Source: an uncultured delta proteobacterium
GTDB taxonomy: Bacteria > Desulfobacterota > Binatia > HRBIN30 > BPIQ01
Length of the DNA stretch: 64,000 nucleotides
Reading direction: 5' to 3'
Assembly (NCBI GenBank): GCA_963761335.1
Contig: CAVXGR010000016.1
Span: forward strand, 288,001-352,000
Below, one piece after another: positions 9,821-21,112 of this stretch; the first letter of the stretch is position 1; every line of letters starts with the position of its first letter. Both the position numbers and the translations under genes were made by a program. The notes beneath the pieces are model-generated. The model made no database searches and was not told the DNA's origin. It saw only the letters and a list, made by a program, of their open reading frames with translations.

Positions 9821-11092
9821 TCACTCGTCTTCCAGCTCCTCGGCCTCCTCGGGCCGGTGCACGACTTTTACCTGGGTGACGCGCTGGCCGGAGACGTCGG
9901 CGACGATCAGGTCGTAGCCGGGGATGCGCACCGACTCGCCGCGCCGCGGCCCGCGCCCGAGCTTGTTGAAAAGAAGCCCGGCAAGCGTGTCGCCGCGCTC
10001 GGCGCTCACCTTCCACCCGGTCTGGCGGTTGAAGTCGAGAACCTTGACCCGGCCGACGGCCTGATAGCTGTGGTCGTCGAGCTTGCGGATGGTGAGCAGC
10101 TCCTCGCGGTCGAACTCGTCGCGAATCTCACCCACCAGCTCCTCGAGGATGTCCTCCTGGGTGACCATGCCGAGGGTGACGCCGAACTCGTCCTTGACGA
10201 TCGCCAGGTGGACGAAGGCGCGCTGCATGTCCTCGAGGAGCCGCAGGATCGGCTTGCGCTCGGGCACCTGCAGCACCGGCTTGATGATCCCGTGCAGGTT
10301 GCCCTTCTGATGCCGCACCAGCTGCACCAGATCCTTCAGGTGCACGAGACCGAGAATGCGATCGATGGTGCCCTCGTAGACGGGGACACGGGTGTAATGT
10401 TCCTCGAGAACCTTGTCGAGGAGCTCGGACGGGCTGGTGTCGATTGGAAAGGCGACGATCTCGGTCCGCGGCACCATGATGTCGGACACGGTCGTGTCGA
10501 CGGCACCGGCGGCGGCGCCGATGATCGACAGCGGTGTCCCCTCGCCGTGCTCCTTGCCGACGTCGCGCGCCAGGCGCATGATCTCCTCCGCGCTGCTCAT
10601 CGGGGTTTCCTCGGTCGAGCCTCCCAGGCGATGCACCAGCGGGCTGATGCCCCGGTCGTAGAGCACGTGCAGGGGCCGGAGAATCTGATGGATGAGGTAG
10701 AGAGGCAGCGCCACCAGGTAGGCGATGCGGCGGGGGTGCTGCGCGGCGATCGCCTTCGGCAGCACCTCGCCGAAGAGGAAGACGATGACGGTCATGGCGA
10801 TCGTCGCCACGATCAGACCGCGCTGCTCGCCGAGGTAACGAATCGCCAGGGCCGAGGCAACCGAGGCGCCCATGACGTTGACCAGATTGTTGCCCAGCAG
10901 AATGGTGACCAGCAGCCGCGAGGTCGACCCCAGCAAATCGCGGACGGCGACTGCCGCGGGGCCGCGGGCAGCCTGGATGTCCTCCTCGAGCTCGTGCTCG
11001 CGCACGCGCAACAGGGCCGTCTCGCTGCTCGAGAAGAACGCCGAGAGCAAGAGGCAGGCGAGAAGGACGAGGCAGTACGTCAGTGTCTCCAT
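9821..11092 (-). CDS. CNNM/hemolysin family protein (DUF21-CBS-CorC), Mg2+/Co2+ transport-related
   Basis: 'FFSSSETAL', 'FGEVLPK', CBS pair 'IMVPR', 'DEFG...EDILEELVGEIRDEFD'. Confidence 0.92.
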   Translation of the reverse strand: METLTYCLVLLACLLLSAFFSSSETALLRVREHELEEDIQAARGPAAVAVRDLLGSTSRLLVTILLGNNLVNVMGASVASALAIRYLGEQRGLIVATIAMTVIVFLFGEVLPKAIAAQHPRRIAYLVALPLYLIHQILRPLHVLYDRGISPLVHRLGGSTEETPMSSAEEIMRLARDVGKEHGEGTPLSIIGAAAGAVDTTVSDIMVPRTEIVAFPIDTSPSELLDKVLEEHYTRVPVYEGTIDRILGLVHLKDLVQLVRHQKGNLHGIIKPVLQVPERKPILRLLEDMQRAFVHLAIVKDEFGVTLGMVTQEDILEELVGEIRDEFDREELLTIRKLDDHSYQAVGRVKVLDFNRQTGWKVSAERGDTLAGLLFNKLGRGPRRGESVRIPGYDLIVADVSGQRVTQVKVVHRPEEAEELEDE

Positions 11093-11252
11093 GGCACTCC
11101 TTGACTCCAAGGAATCCGCTCCGACATCGGCGGAAGGGCTAGGGGGTTGCGGGGTAGGCGAGGTGTCGGGGCCGCTGGGGGTTGGTCCATTCCTCCGCCC
11201 ATCATAGAGCAGATTGCCGCCAGCGCCCATGGCCGCCGTGCGGCCGCCTTCC

Positions 11253-11281
11253 TTGACTTACCGGGAGGCGCTCCATATGGC
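11253..11281 (+). promoter_or_regulatory. Putative sigma70 promoter for the carotenoid oxygenase
   Basis: TTGACT-17 nt-TATGGC. Confidence 0.4.
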
Positions 11282-11412
11282 TGTTCATCGTGCCGCTCTC
11301 CCGTACCAGACCAGGGGCGAGGAGAGCAACGCCAGGACGACCGGCCGTCCGAGCTCCGCGATCGGCCCACTCGGCGGACGGACACAGGGCAGAGACCGAA
11401 CAGGAGAGCGCC

Positions 11413-12801
11413 ATGAGCCGACCGTTTCCGCCGGATCCGTTCTTGACGGGCAACTACGCCCCTTGGCCCATGGAGGGAGGGATCGACGACGTCGCCGTCG
11501 TCGGCGAGATCCCCGTCGACCTGCACGGTACCCTCTACCGCATCGGACCGAACCCGCAGTACCCGCCGCGGGCGCGCTATCACTGGTTCGACGGCGACGG
11601 CATGGTGCACGCGTTCTCCATTCGCGGCGGCCGGGTGGGCTATCGGAACCGCTGGGTCCGCACCGCGCGTTTCGACCTGGAGCGCCGCAGCGGTGAGGCC
11701 CTGTTCGGCGGCCTGTCGTCGATGACCGCCAGCGACGAGCGCGCCGCGGGCACGTCGCCGAACGCCGCCAACACCAACATCGTCTCCCATGCGGGCCGAC
11801 TCCTGGCGCTGTGGGAGGCGGGGCTGCCGCACCGCCTCGACCCGGAGACGCTGGAGACCGTCGGCGCCTTCGACTTCGGCGGTCGCCTGTACGGGCCGAT
11901 GACGGCGCACCCGAAGATGGATCCACGGAGCGGCGAGATGCTCTTCTTCGGCTACAGCCCGGTGCCGCCGCATCTCCAGTACCACGTCGTCTCAGCGCAG
12001 GGAGAGCTGACGCGCACCGTGGACATCGACGTGCCGGTGCCGACGATGATGCACGACTTCATCGTCACCGACGAGCACGTCATCTTTCTGGTCTGCCCGG
12101 CGACGCTGCGGCCGGAGAACCTGCTCACCGACTCACCGGTGCGCTGGGAGCCCGATCTCGGGACCCGCATCGGTGTGATGCCGCGTTCGGGAGGCAGCGA
12201 CGACGTGCTCTGGCTCGAGACCGAGGCCTGCTACGTGTTTCATCCGATGAACGCCTACAGCGACCGGCAACGGGTCGTCGCCGACGTCGTTCGCTATGCC
12301 CGCGTACCGCTGTTCGACGGCGAGGAGACAGCCGACGGCCTGGAGCACGCGACCCCGGCGCATCTGGTGCGCTGGACGCTCGATCTCGCCGCCGGCACGG
12401 TGAGACAGAGCGAGATCGATGACACCGCTGTCGAGTTCCCCCGCCTCGACGAGCGCTTCGCGGGGCAGGCCTACCGCCACGGCTACGCCGCCGGGCGCCT
12501 CGGGACTCCCGGGGAGGGGGCCTTCAACGCCGTCCTGCACTACGATCTCAACAGTGGCGTTCGCCGCGTCCACGATCTCGGCCGCTCCAGCTTCACCTCG
12601 GAGCCGGTGTTCGTCCCCGGGCATGACCGCACCGCCGAAGGCGACGGCTATCTGCTCGCCGTCGTCTACCGGGAAGAGGAGAACCGCAGCGACCTGATCG
12701 TTCTGGATGCGGGCAACGTCGGCGCTGAGCCGATCGCCATCGCCCGGCTCCCGCACCGCGTGCCCTACGGATTTCACGGCAATTGGGTTCCGGGAGTCTG
12801 A
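11413..12801 (+). CDS. Carotenoid oxygenase / lignostilbene dioxygenase family protein
   Basis: 'HWFDGDGM', 'MTAHPK', 'MMHDF', 'FHPMNAY', 'EFPR', 'SEPVFVP', 'VPYGFHG'; RBS ggaga. Confidence 0.93.
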   Translation: MSRPFPPDPFLTGNYAPWPMEGGIDDVAVVGEIPVDLHGTLYRIGPNPQYPPRARYHWFDGDGMVHAFSIRGGRVGYRNRWVRTARFDLERRSGEALFGGLSSMTASDERAAGTSPNAANTNIVSHAGRLLALWEAGLPHRLDPETLETVGAFDFGGRLYGPMTAHPKMDPRSGEMLFFGYSPVPPHLQYHVVSAQGELTRTVDIDVPVPTMMHDFIVTDEHVIFLVCPATLRPENLLTDSPVRWEPDLGTRIGVMPRSGGSDDVLWLETEACYVFHPMNAYSDRQRVVADVVRYARVPLFDGEETADGLEHATPAHLVRWTLDLAAGTVRQSEIDDTAVEFPRLDERFAGQAYRHGYAAGRLGTPGEGAFNAVLHYDLNSGVRRVHDLGRSSFTSEPVFVPGHDRTAEGDGYLLAVVYREEENRSDLIVLDAGNVGAEPIAIARLPHRVPYGFHGNWVPGV

Positions 12802-12833
12802 CCCCGGAGCTGGAGTCGCCGCGGGATGGCAGT

Positions 12834-13238
12834 CTACCTGCCGTGCACCAGCGTCTTGGTCTCCTCGGGGAAGACCACCTCGACCTTGTTCTCGCCCTTG
12901 TCCAGGGTCACGACGCCGAGACCGAACACGGGATGCGAGATCAGTTGGCCCGCCTTGAACTGCTCGGCGATGGAGTAGGGACGGGCGGCGGTGGCGGTGC
13001 GTCCACGCAACAGCGTCTCGTAGTCGGCGGCCGGCTTGGCCGAGGGCTTCTTGCCGGCGCGACTCCGTGCGGTCGCGGTCCCGGGAGGGTTGCGCCGATA
13101 GGCGTGCTGCCCCTTGCAGGTGTTGCAGTGCACCTTGGTCACCTTGTCGCCGACCACCGTCTCGATCGTGTGGACCAGCATCAGCTTGCACTTGGTACAC
13201 CAGCTGTCTATCTCCGCTCCGACTTCGAATTTCGCCAT
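12834..13238 (-). CDS. Conserved hypothetical protein: Zn-ribbon plus C-terminal Tudor/SH3-like barrel
   Basis: CTKC...CNTC; C-terminus 'FKAGQLISHPVFGLGVV...VEVVF'; RBS ggggag. Confidence 0.8.
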   Translation of the reverse strand: MAKFEVGAEIDSWCTKCKLMLVHTIETVVGDKVTKVHCNTCKGQHAYRRNPPGTATARSRAGKKPSAKPAADYETLLRGRTATAARPYSIAEQFKAGQLISHPVFGLGVVTLDKGENKVEVVFPEETKTLVHGR

Positions 13239-13802
13239 TGATTCTCCCTTGTCGCGAATGAGCAGGTGCAACCGCTGTGAGGCGGGTGTCTCCAGGTGTG
13301 CGGCCCCTCGGCTCGAGCTCTCCAACGAGATCGACCACTTGCTGCGGGCGCCTGGCCCCTCTCGCCGGCGTAGGTTAGCTCTTATGCGTGGCGAGTTCAA
13401 ATTTCAGCGCCTGTACGGCCTCCGGCCGGGGGCCTGCCAGATTTGCTCAGTGAATGTAAAATCGCTGTTTAATTAGCTAGATACGTACTGAGGTGTATGT
13501 ATTGATTTTAAATCTTGAACAGATTCGGGGGCGGCGGTGGCTTGGGATCTCCGCGTCATTCCTTTGACGCGGGGGGTTGGATTTCCCCGGGTGAGGGTGG
13601 TGAACGCCCGGGTTGTTTGTGATACGAGTCCACCTGCAGATCCGCATGGCCGTTTCCAGGCTTGGCCGCGGGAGACCGCGGGGGGACCACCCGTCAGACT
13701 TCGAATTGACGAACGAGGATTGAGCGAACGAGTTTTTCGCCGAGACCCGCCGCGTGCCTGGCCTCCAATATCCGCGGCGGCGGATCTTCCGAGGAGGAAT
13801 TC

Positions 13803-14942
13803 ATGCCAGAATCAGCTGTCGAACCGATTGCCGAGTCGCGACTGCGGCCGGTGAAGCGTGCCGAGGTATCCAGCTCCGTGCCCAACAAGTGGAAAGAGCT
13901 CGCCGCGGTGCTCGAACGGCATCGGGGTAAGCGCCTGCTCGTGCTCCTGACCGGTTACCCGGATCCGGACAACATCGCTTCGGGGCTGGCGTTGTCGCTG
14001 CTCGCGGCCCAGTACCAGATCGAGACCACGCTGCTCTCGTTCTACGAGGTCAGCCATCAGGAGAATCGGGCCCTGGTGAAACGCCTCGAGGTGGACCTGC
14101 ATCTCTACGACGAACGCTTCGATCTCAACCCGTACTCGCTCTATGCCTTCGTCGATACTCAGAAGACGGATACGCCGATTCAGCAGGAGCTGGAGGGCAA
14201 GACGTTTCTCGCCTTCGTCGACCACCACAAGAAGCTCGGCGAGGTGCCGGCGGAGTTCGTCGATGTCCGCGAGGAGGCGGGCTCGACCTCGGGCATCTTC
14301 TCCGACTACCTGCGGCAGGCCTTCCCCGGCGGCCTCAATCCCAACGAGCCGGTCCACGTGCAGCTGGCGACGGCGCTGATGCACGGCATTCGCTCCGACA
14401 CGCGCTCTCTGCTGGAGGCCTCGCGGCTCGACTTCGAGGCCGGCGCCTATCTGTGGAACGTCGTGGATCAGGCGCTGCTGAAGCGCATCTCGGCGCAGTC
14501 GCTGACGCCGGCGGTGATGGACATGATCCAGGCGGCGCTGGAGCGCAAGCGGGTCTACGATACCTTTCTCTTCAGCGACGTGGGCTTCGTGCGCAAGGAG
14601 CACCGCGACGGCATTCCGCAGGCCGCCGACTTCCTGCTGTCACGCGAGGGCATCGACACCGTACTGGTCTTCGGGATCGTCGACGGTCGCACGGTGGACG
14701 GCTCGCTGCGCACGCGCAGCGACACGATCAATCCCGACACTTTCCTGAAGAGGACCTTCGGCATCGACGAGGAGCGCGGCTCGCACTACGGCGGCGGCAA
14801 CATCCGTGACAAGGGCGGCTTCCAGATTCCCATCGGCTTCCTGGCGCAGCACAAGGAGCGCGATCAGCTCTACCGGCTGGCGTGGGAGGTCATCCACGAG
14901 AAGGTGCTCGCCGCCATCGGCCGCATCGAAGGCGGCAGCTGA
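13803..14942 (+). CDS. DHH family phosphoesterase (NrnA/oligoribonuclease-like)
   Basis: 'PDPD..AS', 'FVD', 'VDHH', 'GIRSDT', 'GSLR', 'GGG' motifs; RBS gaggagg. Confidence 0.9.
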   Translation: MPESAVEPIAESRLRPVKRAEVSSSVPNKWKELAAVLERHRGKRLLVLLTGYPDPDNIASGLALSLLAAQYQIETTLLSFYEVSHQENRALVKRLEVDLHLYDERFDLNPYSLYAFVDTQKTDTPIQQELEGKTFLAFVDHHKKLGEVPAEFVDVREEAGSTSGIFSDYLRQAFPGGLNPNEPVHVQLATALMHGIRSDTRSLLEASRLDFEAGAYLWNVVDQALLKRISAQSLTPAVMDMIQAALERKRVYDTFLFSDVGFVRKEHRDGIPQAADFLLSREGIDTVLVFGIVDGRTVDGSLRTRSDTINPDTFLKRTFGIDEERGSHYGGGNIRDKGGFQIPIGFLAQHKERDQLYRLAWEVIHEKVLAAIGRIEGGS

Positions 14943-14947
14943 GAGAC

Positions 14948-14980
14948 GCGGTAGAGGAGGCGTATCGCCCCCTCTACCGC
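14948..14980. terminator. GTAG-containing hairpin between convergent genes (REP-like or bidirectional terminator)
   Basis: gcggtagaggaggcg-tat-cgccccctctaccgc; 14/15-bp stem. Confidence 0.6.
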
Positions 14981-14981
14981 T

Positions 14982-15851
14982 CTACCACAGCGGCTCGCCC
15001 TCGCGGCGCACCAAGGCGTGAAACGCCTCTGTCAGGCGCCGCGTCGCCGCTCCGGGGGTGCCGTCGCCGATGGCGCGACCGTCCGCCTCGACCACCGGCA
15101 TGAGCTCGGCGCCGGTGCCGGTGACGAAGCACTCCTCGGCGGTGTAGACGTCGAAGCGCGTCAGCCGCGCCTCCGCCGCCTCCATGCCCGCCTCGGCGGC
15201 GAGCTCGAGCACGGCGCCGCGGGTGATGCCCTCGAGGGCGCCGTCCTGCGGTGACGGGGTCGACAGGCGCCCGTGGCGCACCACGAAGAGGTTGTCGGCG
15301 GTGCACTCGGCGATGAAGCCTTCGCGATTGAGCATGATCGCCTCGTGCGCGCCGGCGCGCTGCGCGTCGATCTTGGCGAGGATGTTCTTCAGGTAGTTGA
15401 GCGACTTGACCCGTGGGTCGAACGCCTCGTGAGAGACCTGGCGGGTCGCGGAGGTGATCAGCTTGACGCCGCCGGCGTAGAGCTCGCGCGGATAGACTCT
15501 GACGTCGGTGACGATGATGATGATGCTCGGGTGCGGGCAGGAGAGCGGGTCGATGCCCAGCTCACCGGCGCCGCGCGTGATCACCAGGCGGATGTAGCCG
15601 TCCTCGCGGCGGTTGCGGCGCACGGCCTCGCGCACCAGCTCCACCATCTCCTCGGCTCCCACCGGCACCGATAGGGCCAGGGCGCGCGCCGAGTCGTAGA
15701 GGCGCTCGATGTGCGCCTCGAGGCGGAAGATGCGCCGGTTGTAGATGCGGATGCCCTCGAAGACGCCGTCCCCATAGAGAAGCCCGTGATCGAAGACCGA
15801 GACCACGGCCGTCTCCCGCGAGCGCCATTCGCCGTCGATGTAGATTTCCAT
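14982..15851 (-). CDS. ilvE: Branched-chain amino acid aminotransferase
   Basis: 'DHGLLYGDGVFEGIR', 'KSLNY', 'LEGITR', 'TGTGAE'. Confidence 0.95.
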   Translation of the reverse strand: MEIYIDGEWRSRETAVVSVFDHGLLYGDGVFEGIRIYNRRIFRLEAHIERLYDSARALALSVPVGAEEMVELVREAVRRNRREDGYIRLVITRGAGELGIDPLSCPHPSIIIIVTDVRVYPRELYAGGVKLITSATRQVSHEAFDPRVKSLNYLKNILAKIDAQRAGAHEAIMLNREGFIAECTADNLFVVRHGRLSTPSPQDGALEGITRGAVLELAAEAGMEAAEARLTRFDVYTAEECFVTGTGAELMPVVEADGRAIGDGTPGAATRRLTEAFHALVRREGEPLW

Positions 15852-15960
15852 TGCTGCCCCCGCGGGCCGATCCGCCCGATGGATCTGCTTGCCGCCAATG
15901 CCGCGCCTTCGTCAAGCACCGGCGCCGCGTCCCATTTCCGCGTTCGTGCGAGACGCCGGC

Positions 15961-16326
15961 TCAGCCCTCGGCAGCCTCGTTGCGCTCGGTGCTGAGGATG
16001 ACCTCGTGGATCTCGAGAACGTTGGGGCCGGCGAACATCTCGGCCGGCGGCCGGTTGCTGTGGGCGATGCGGAAGGAGTCGCTGCGCGTCCAGTCCCAGA
16101 AGGCCTGCTCGCTCTCCCAGTACGTCTGCACCAGGTAATAGCCTTGCTCCTGGGTTTCCTCCCACTGCCCGGTCTGGTGGCTGAAGCGGCGCTGCACCGG
16201 CCGCAGGATCTGGTTCTTGATGAAGCCGGGCGAGCGATCGATCAGGTGGGCGCGCTGGCGGAAGCGGTCCTCGAAGGCCTCCTCCTGCCCCGAGGCCACC
16301 GGGATGCGGTTGGTGACGACGAACAC
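15961..16326 (-). CDS. Antibiotic biosynthesis monooxygenase family protein (IsdG/HmoA-like)
   Basis: 'NRIPV...FEDRF...PGF...WESEQAF.DW..S..F..AH'; GTG start with RBS gaggagga. Confidence 0.88.
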   Translation of the reverse strand: MFVVTNRIPVASGQEEAFEDRFRQRAHLIDRSPGFIKNQILRPVQRRFSHQTGQWEETQEQGYYLVQTYWESEQAFWDWTRSDSFRIAHSNRPPAEMFAGPNVLEIHEVILSTERNEAAEG

Positions 16327-16348
16327 GAAATCCTCCTCTCGGGAGCCG

Positions 16349-16600
16349 CTAATCGCGCTCCTTGCTCTTCAGCTGCGCCTCGTTCTCGCGGATGAAGCCG
16401 CGGATGTCGTCGCCCATGTCGAGCAGACGCAGCCACTGCTCCTTGTAGAGGGTCACGGGGAAGCGCCCCATGCCGTAGACCGAAACGGCGCCCTTCTGGC
16501 TCACCTTCATGGTCACGCCGCGGCTGCCGCGGTTGCGCAGCGCCTCGTTTTCCGCCCGCAGGCGGTCCAGCTCTTTCTGCACTTCGTCTTGATCTGCCAT
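16349..16600 (-). CDS. Small conserved hypothetical protein (83 aa)
   Basis: N-terminal coiled coil; 'KVSQKGAVSVYGMGRFPVTLYKEQW'; RBS agagga. Confidence 0.8.
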   Translation of the reverse strand: MADQDEVQKELDRLRAENEALRNRGSRGVTMKVSQKGAVSVYGMGRFPVTLYKEQWLRLLDMGDDIRGFIRENEAQLKSKERD

Positions 16601-16735
16601 CGTTCCTCTTTCTGGTCGCTCAGAATCTCCCGACTGTGTCTGCTTTCCGCCCCGCGGGCAAGGGCGGACGCCGGCTCTTCCCGCTCTTCTGTCGGGGCGC
16701 AGAGAAAAACCGTCGCCTATGGGGCTTCGCCCCGC

Positions 16736-16831
16736 GGCTGCATACCGGCGCCGCTTCGGAAAGCGCCGGGACGGCGCTTTTACTTTGCTTTGAGACAACT
16801 TCCGGCACCCGGGGCTGCATACCGGCGCCGC
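16736..16831. repeat. 19-bp direct repeat pair with short hairpins (REP-like)
   Basis: ggctgcataccggcgccgc at 16736 and 16813; ggggcttcgcccc hairpin at 16721. Confidence 0.7.
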
Positions 16832-16904
16832 CGCGCGGCGCCGGGGCGACACGGCGCAATCTCGTTGCCGTGGGTTGGATCCCCCGGCTACAATCACGGC
16901 GCCC

Positions 16905-17447
16905 ATGCCGGAAGCCCTTCGCAGCATTCTCCTCGGCACCGCGGGCCTCAGCCTCGCCGCCGCGGCGGCCGCCTTCCTCACCCTGACGCGCGGTGGGGTG
17001 AACGCCGCCGAGCCGCAGCTGCGGGTGGCTCTGCGCCTTGCTGTCGTCGCTGTTCTCGCCCAGGCCGCGCACTTCGCGGAAGAGGCCGGCACCGGCTTCG
17101 ACCAGCGCTTCCCCGAGATCCTCGGACTGACGGGATGGTCGAGCGCCTTCTTCCTCCTCTTCAATCTCTTCTGGCTCGCCGCCTGGGCGCTGAGCATCTG
17201 GGGCTTGTCGGCGCGCTGGCGGCCGGCGCTCTTTCCCCTCTGGTTCCTGGCGATCGCCGGTGTCGCCAACGGCCTCGCGCACCCGTTGCTCTCGATCCGC
17301 ACGGGAGGCTACTTCCCCGGTCTGTTCACCTCGCCGCTCGTCGGCGTGGCCGGCGTACTCTTGTTCCGCAGCCTGCTGGTCGTCACCGGTCGTGTCGGGT
17401 CCGAAGCATATCGGCCCGACGAGCCGGTGCCGCTGACGCGGACCTGA
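16905..17447 (+). CDS. HXXEE-motif membrane protein
   Basis: Multiple TM segments; 'HFAEE'; 'N..AH...YFPGL.TS'. Confidence 0.8.
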   Translation: MPEALRSILLGTAGLSLAAAAAAFLTLTRGGVNAAEPQLRVALRLAVVAVLAQAAHFAEEAGTGFDQRFPEILGLTGWSSAFFLLFNLFWLAAWALSIWGLSARWRPALFPLWFLAIAGVANGLAHPLLSIRTGGYFPGLFTSPLVGVAGVLLFRSLLVVTGRVGSEAYRPDEPVPLTRT

Positions 17448-17464
17448 AACCCAGGGGAGAGCCC

Positions 17465-18202
17465 GTGAACGAGATCTACGATACCATCGGCAAGGGGTAC
17501 GCGGTCCGGCGAAGGCCGGATCCGCGAATCTACCGGCGTCTTCGGCGCCACCTGCAGAGCGCGTCTTCCGTGCTCAACGTCGGCGCCGGCGCCGGATCAT
17601 ACGAGCCGTCGGATCTGTCCGTGGTGGCCGTCGAGCCGTCGGTCGAGATGATCTCGCAGCGGCGCGATCGCTCGAACGTCGTACGGGCGATCGCCGAGGC
17701 CCTGCCATTCGGCGACGCAGCCTTCGACGCGGTGATGGCCGTGCTCACCATTCATCACTGGAAGGACCAGAGGAAGGGGCTCGCGGAGTGCGGCCGCGTC
17801 GCCCGCAAGGTGATCTCCATTCTGACGTGGGATCCGCAGTCGGAAGGCTTCTGGCTCGTGCGGGATTACTTTCCGGAGATTCTCGCCTTCGATCAGACCC
17901 TCTTCCTGTCGATGGACGAGATTCAATCCGTCGTTGGCCGGGCTTTGGTGGAGACCATTCCTGTGCCGGCGGACTGCACCGACGGCTTCCTGGGCGCCTA
18001 CTGGCGCCGGCCATCCGCCTATCTCGATGCCAGCGTGCGCTCCGGAATCTCCTCCTTCGCCCGCTTTTCAGACGTGCGCCCCCGCATCGATGCCCTGCGG
18101 AAGGATCTCGCATCCGGCGCCTGGGAGCGGCGCCACGGACATCTGCTGTCTGGGGACAGCCTGGACATCGGCTACCGACTGGTGACGGCGGTGCTGAAAT
18201 GA
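17465..18202 (+). CDS. Class I SAM-dependent methyltransferase
   Basis: GTG start; 'VLNVGAGAGSY', 'VEPS', 'AEALPF.D..FD', 'HHW'. Confidence 0.9.
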   Translation: MNEIYDTIGKGYAVRRRPDPRIYRRLRRHLQSASSVLNVGAGAGSYEPSDLSVVAVEPSVEMISQRRDRSNVVRAIAEALPFGDAAFDAVMAVLTIHHWKDQRKGLAECGRVARKVISILTWDPQSEGFWLVRDYFPEILAFDQTLFLSMDEIQSVVGRALVETIPVPADCTDGFLGAYWRRPSAYLDASVRSGISSFARFSDVRPRIDALRKDLASGAWERRHGHLLSGDSLDIGYRLVTAVLK

Positions 18203-18222
18203 GTGTACGAAAGGAGACGGTG

Positions 18223-18265
18223 ATGACTGACCAGCAGCCGCTGCTGAATCAGTTGGATCTCGCGT
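18223..18265 (+). pseudogene. Possible N-terminal gene remnant (VOC/glyoxalase-like start)
   Basis: RBS aaggag followed by MTDQQPLLNQLDL, which runs into a dispersed repeat. Confidence 0.3.
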
Positions 18266-18272
18266 GCGTTGG

Positions 18273-18304
18273 CCGGTTCTCCGTTCCCGGTCACCGGTTC
18301 TCCA
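18273..18304. repeat. Dispersed 32-bp repeat, copy 2
   Basis: Reverse complement of 1577-1608 (30/32). Confidence 0.8.
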
Positions 18305-18325
18305 CTTTACATTCTCTCCTCTTCC

Positions 18326-21103
<2,778 letters not shown>

Positions 21104-21112
21104 GTCGCCCTC

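Noticed and set aside
13255..13370. Glycine-riboswitch-like words (ggagag...gccgagggg) in the minus-strand leader
   Set aside because: Lacks the conserved GCCGAAG and CTCAGG elements.
13940..13985. Inactive DHH enzyme because motif I lacks His
   Set aside because: The metal-binding Asp residues and DHH are intact; motif I variation alone is insufficient evidence.
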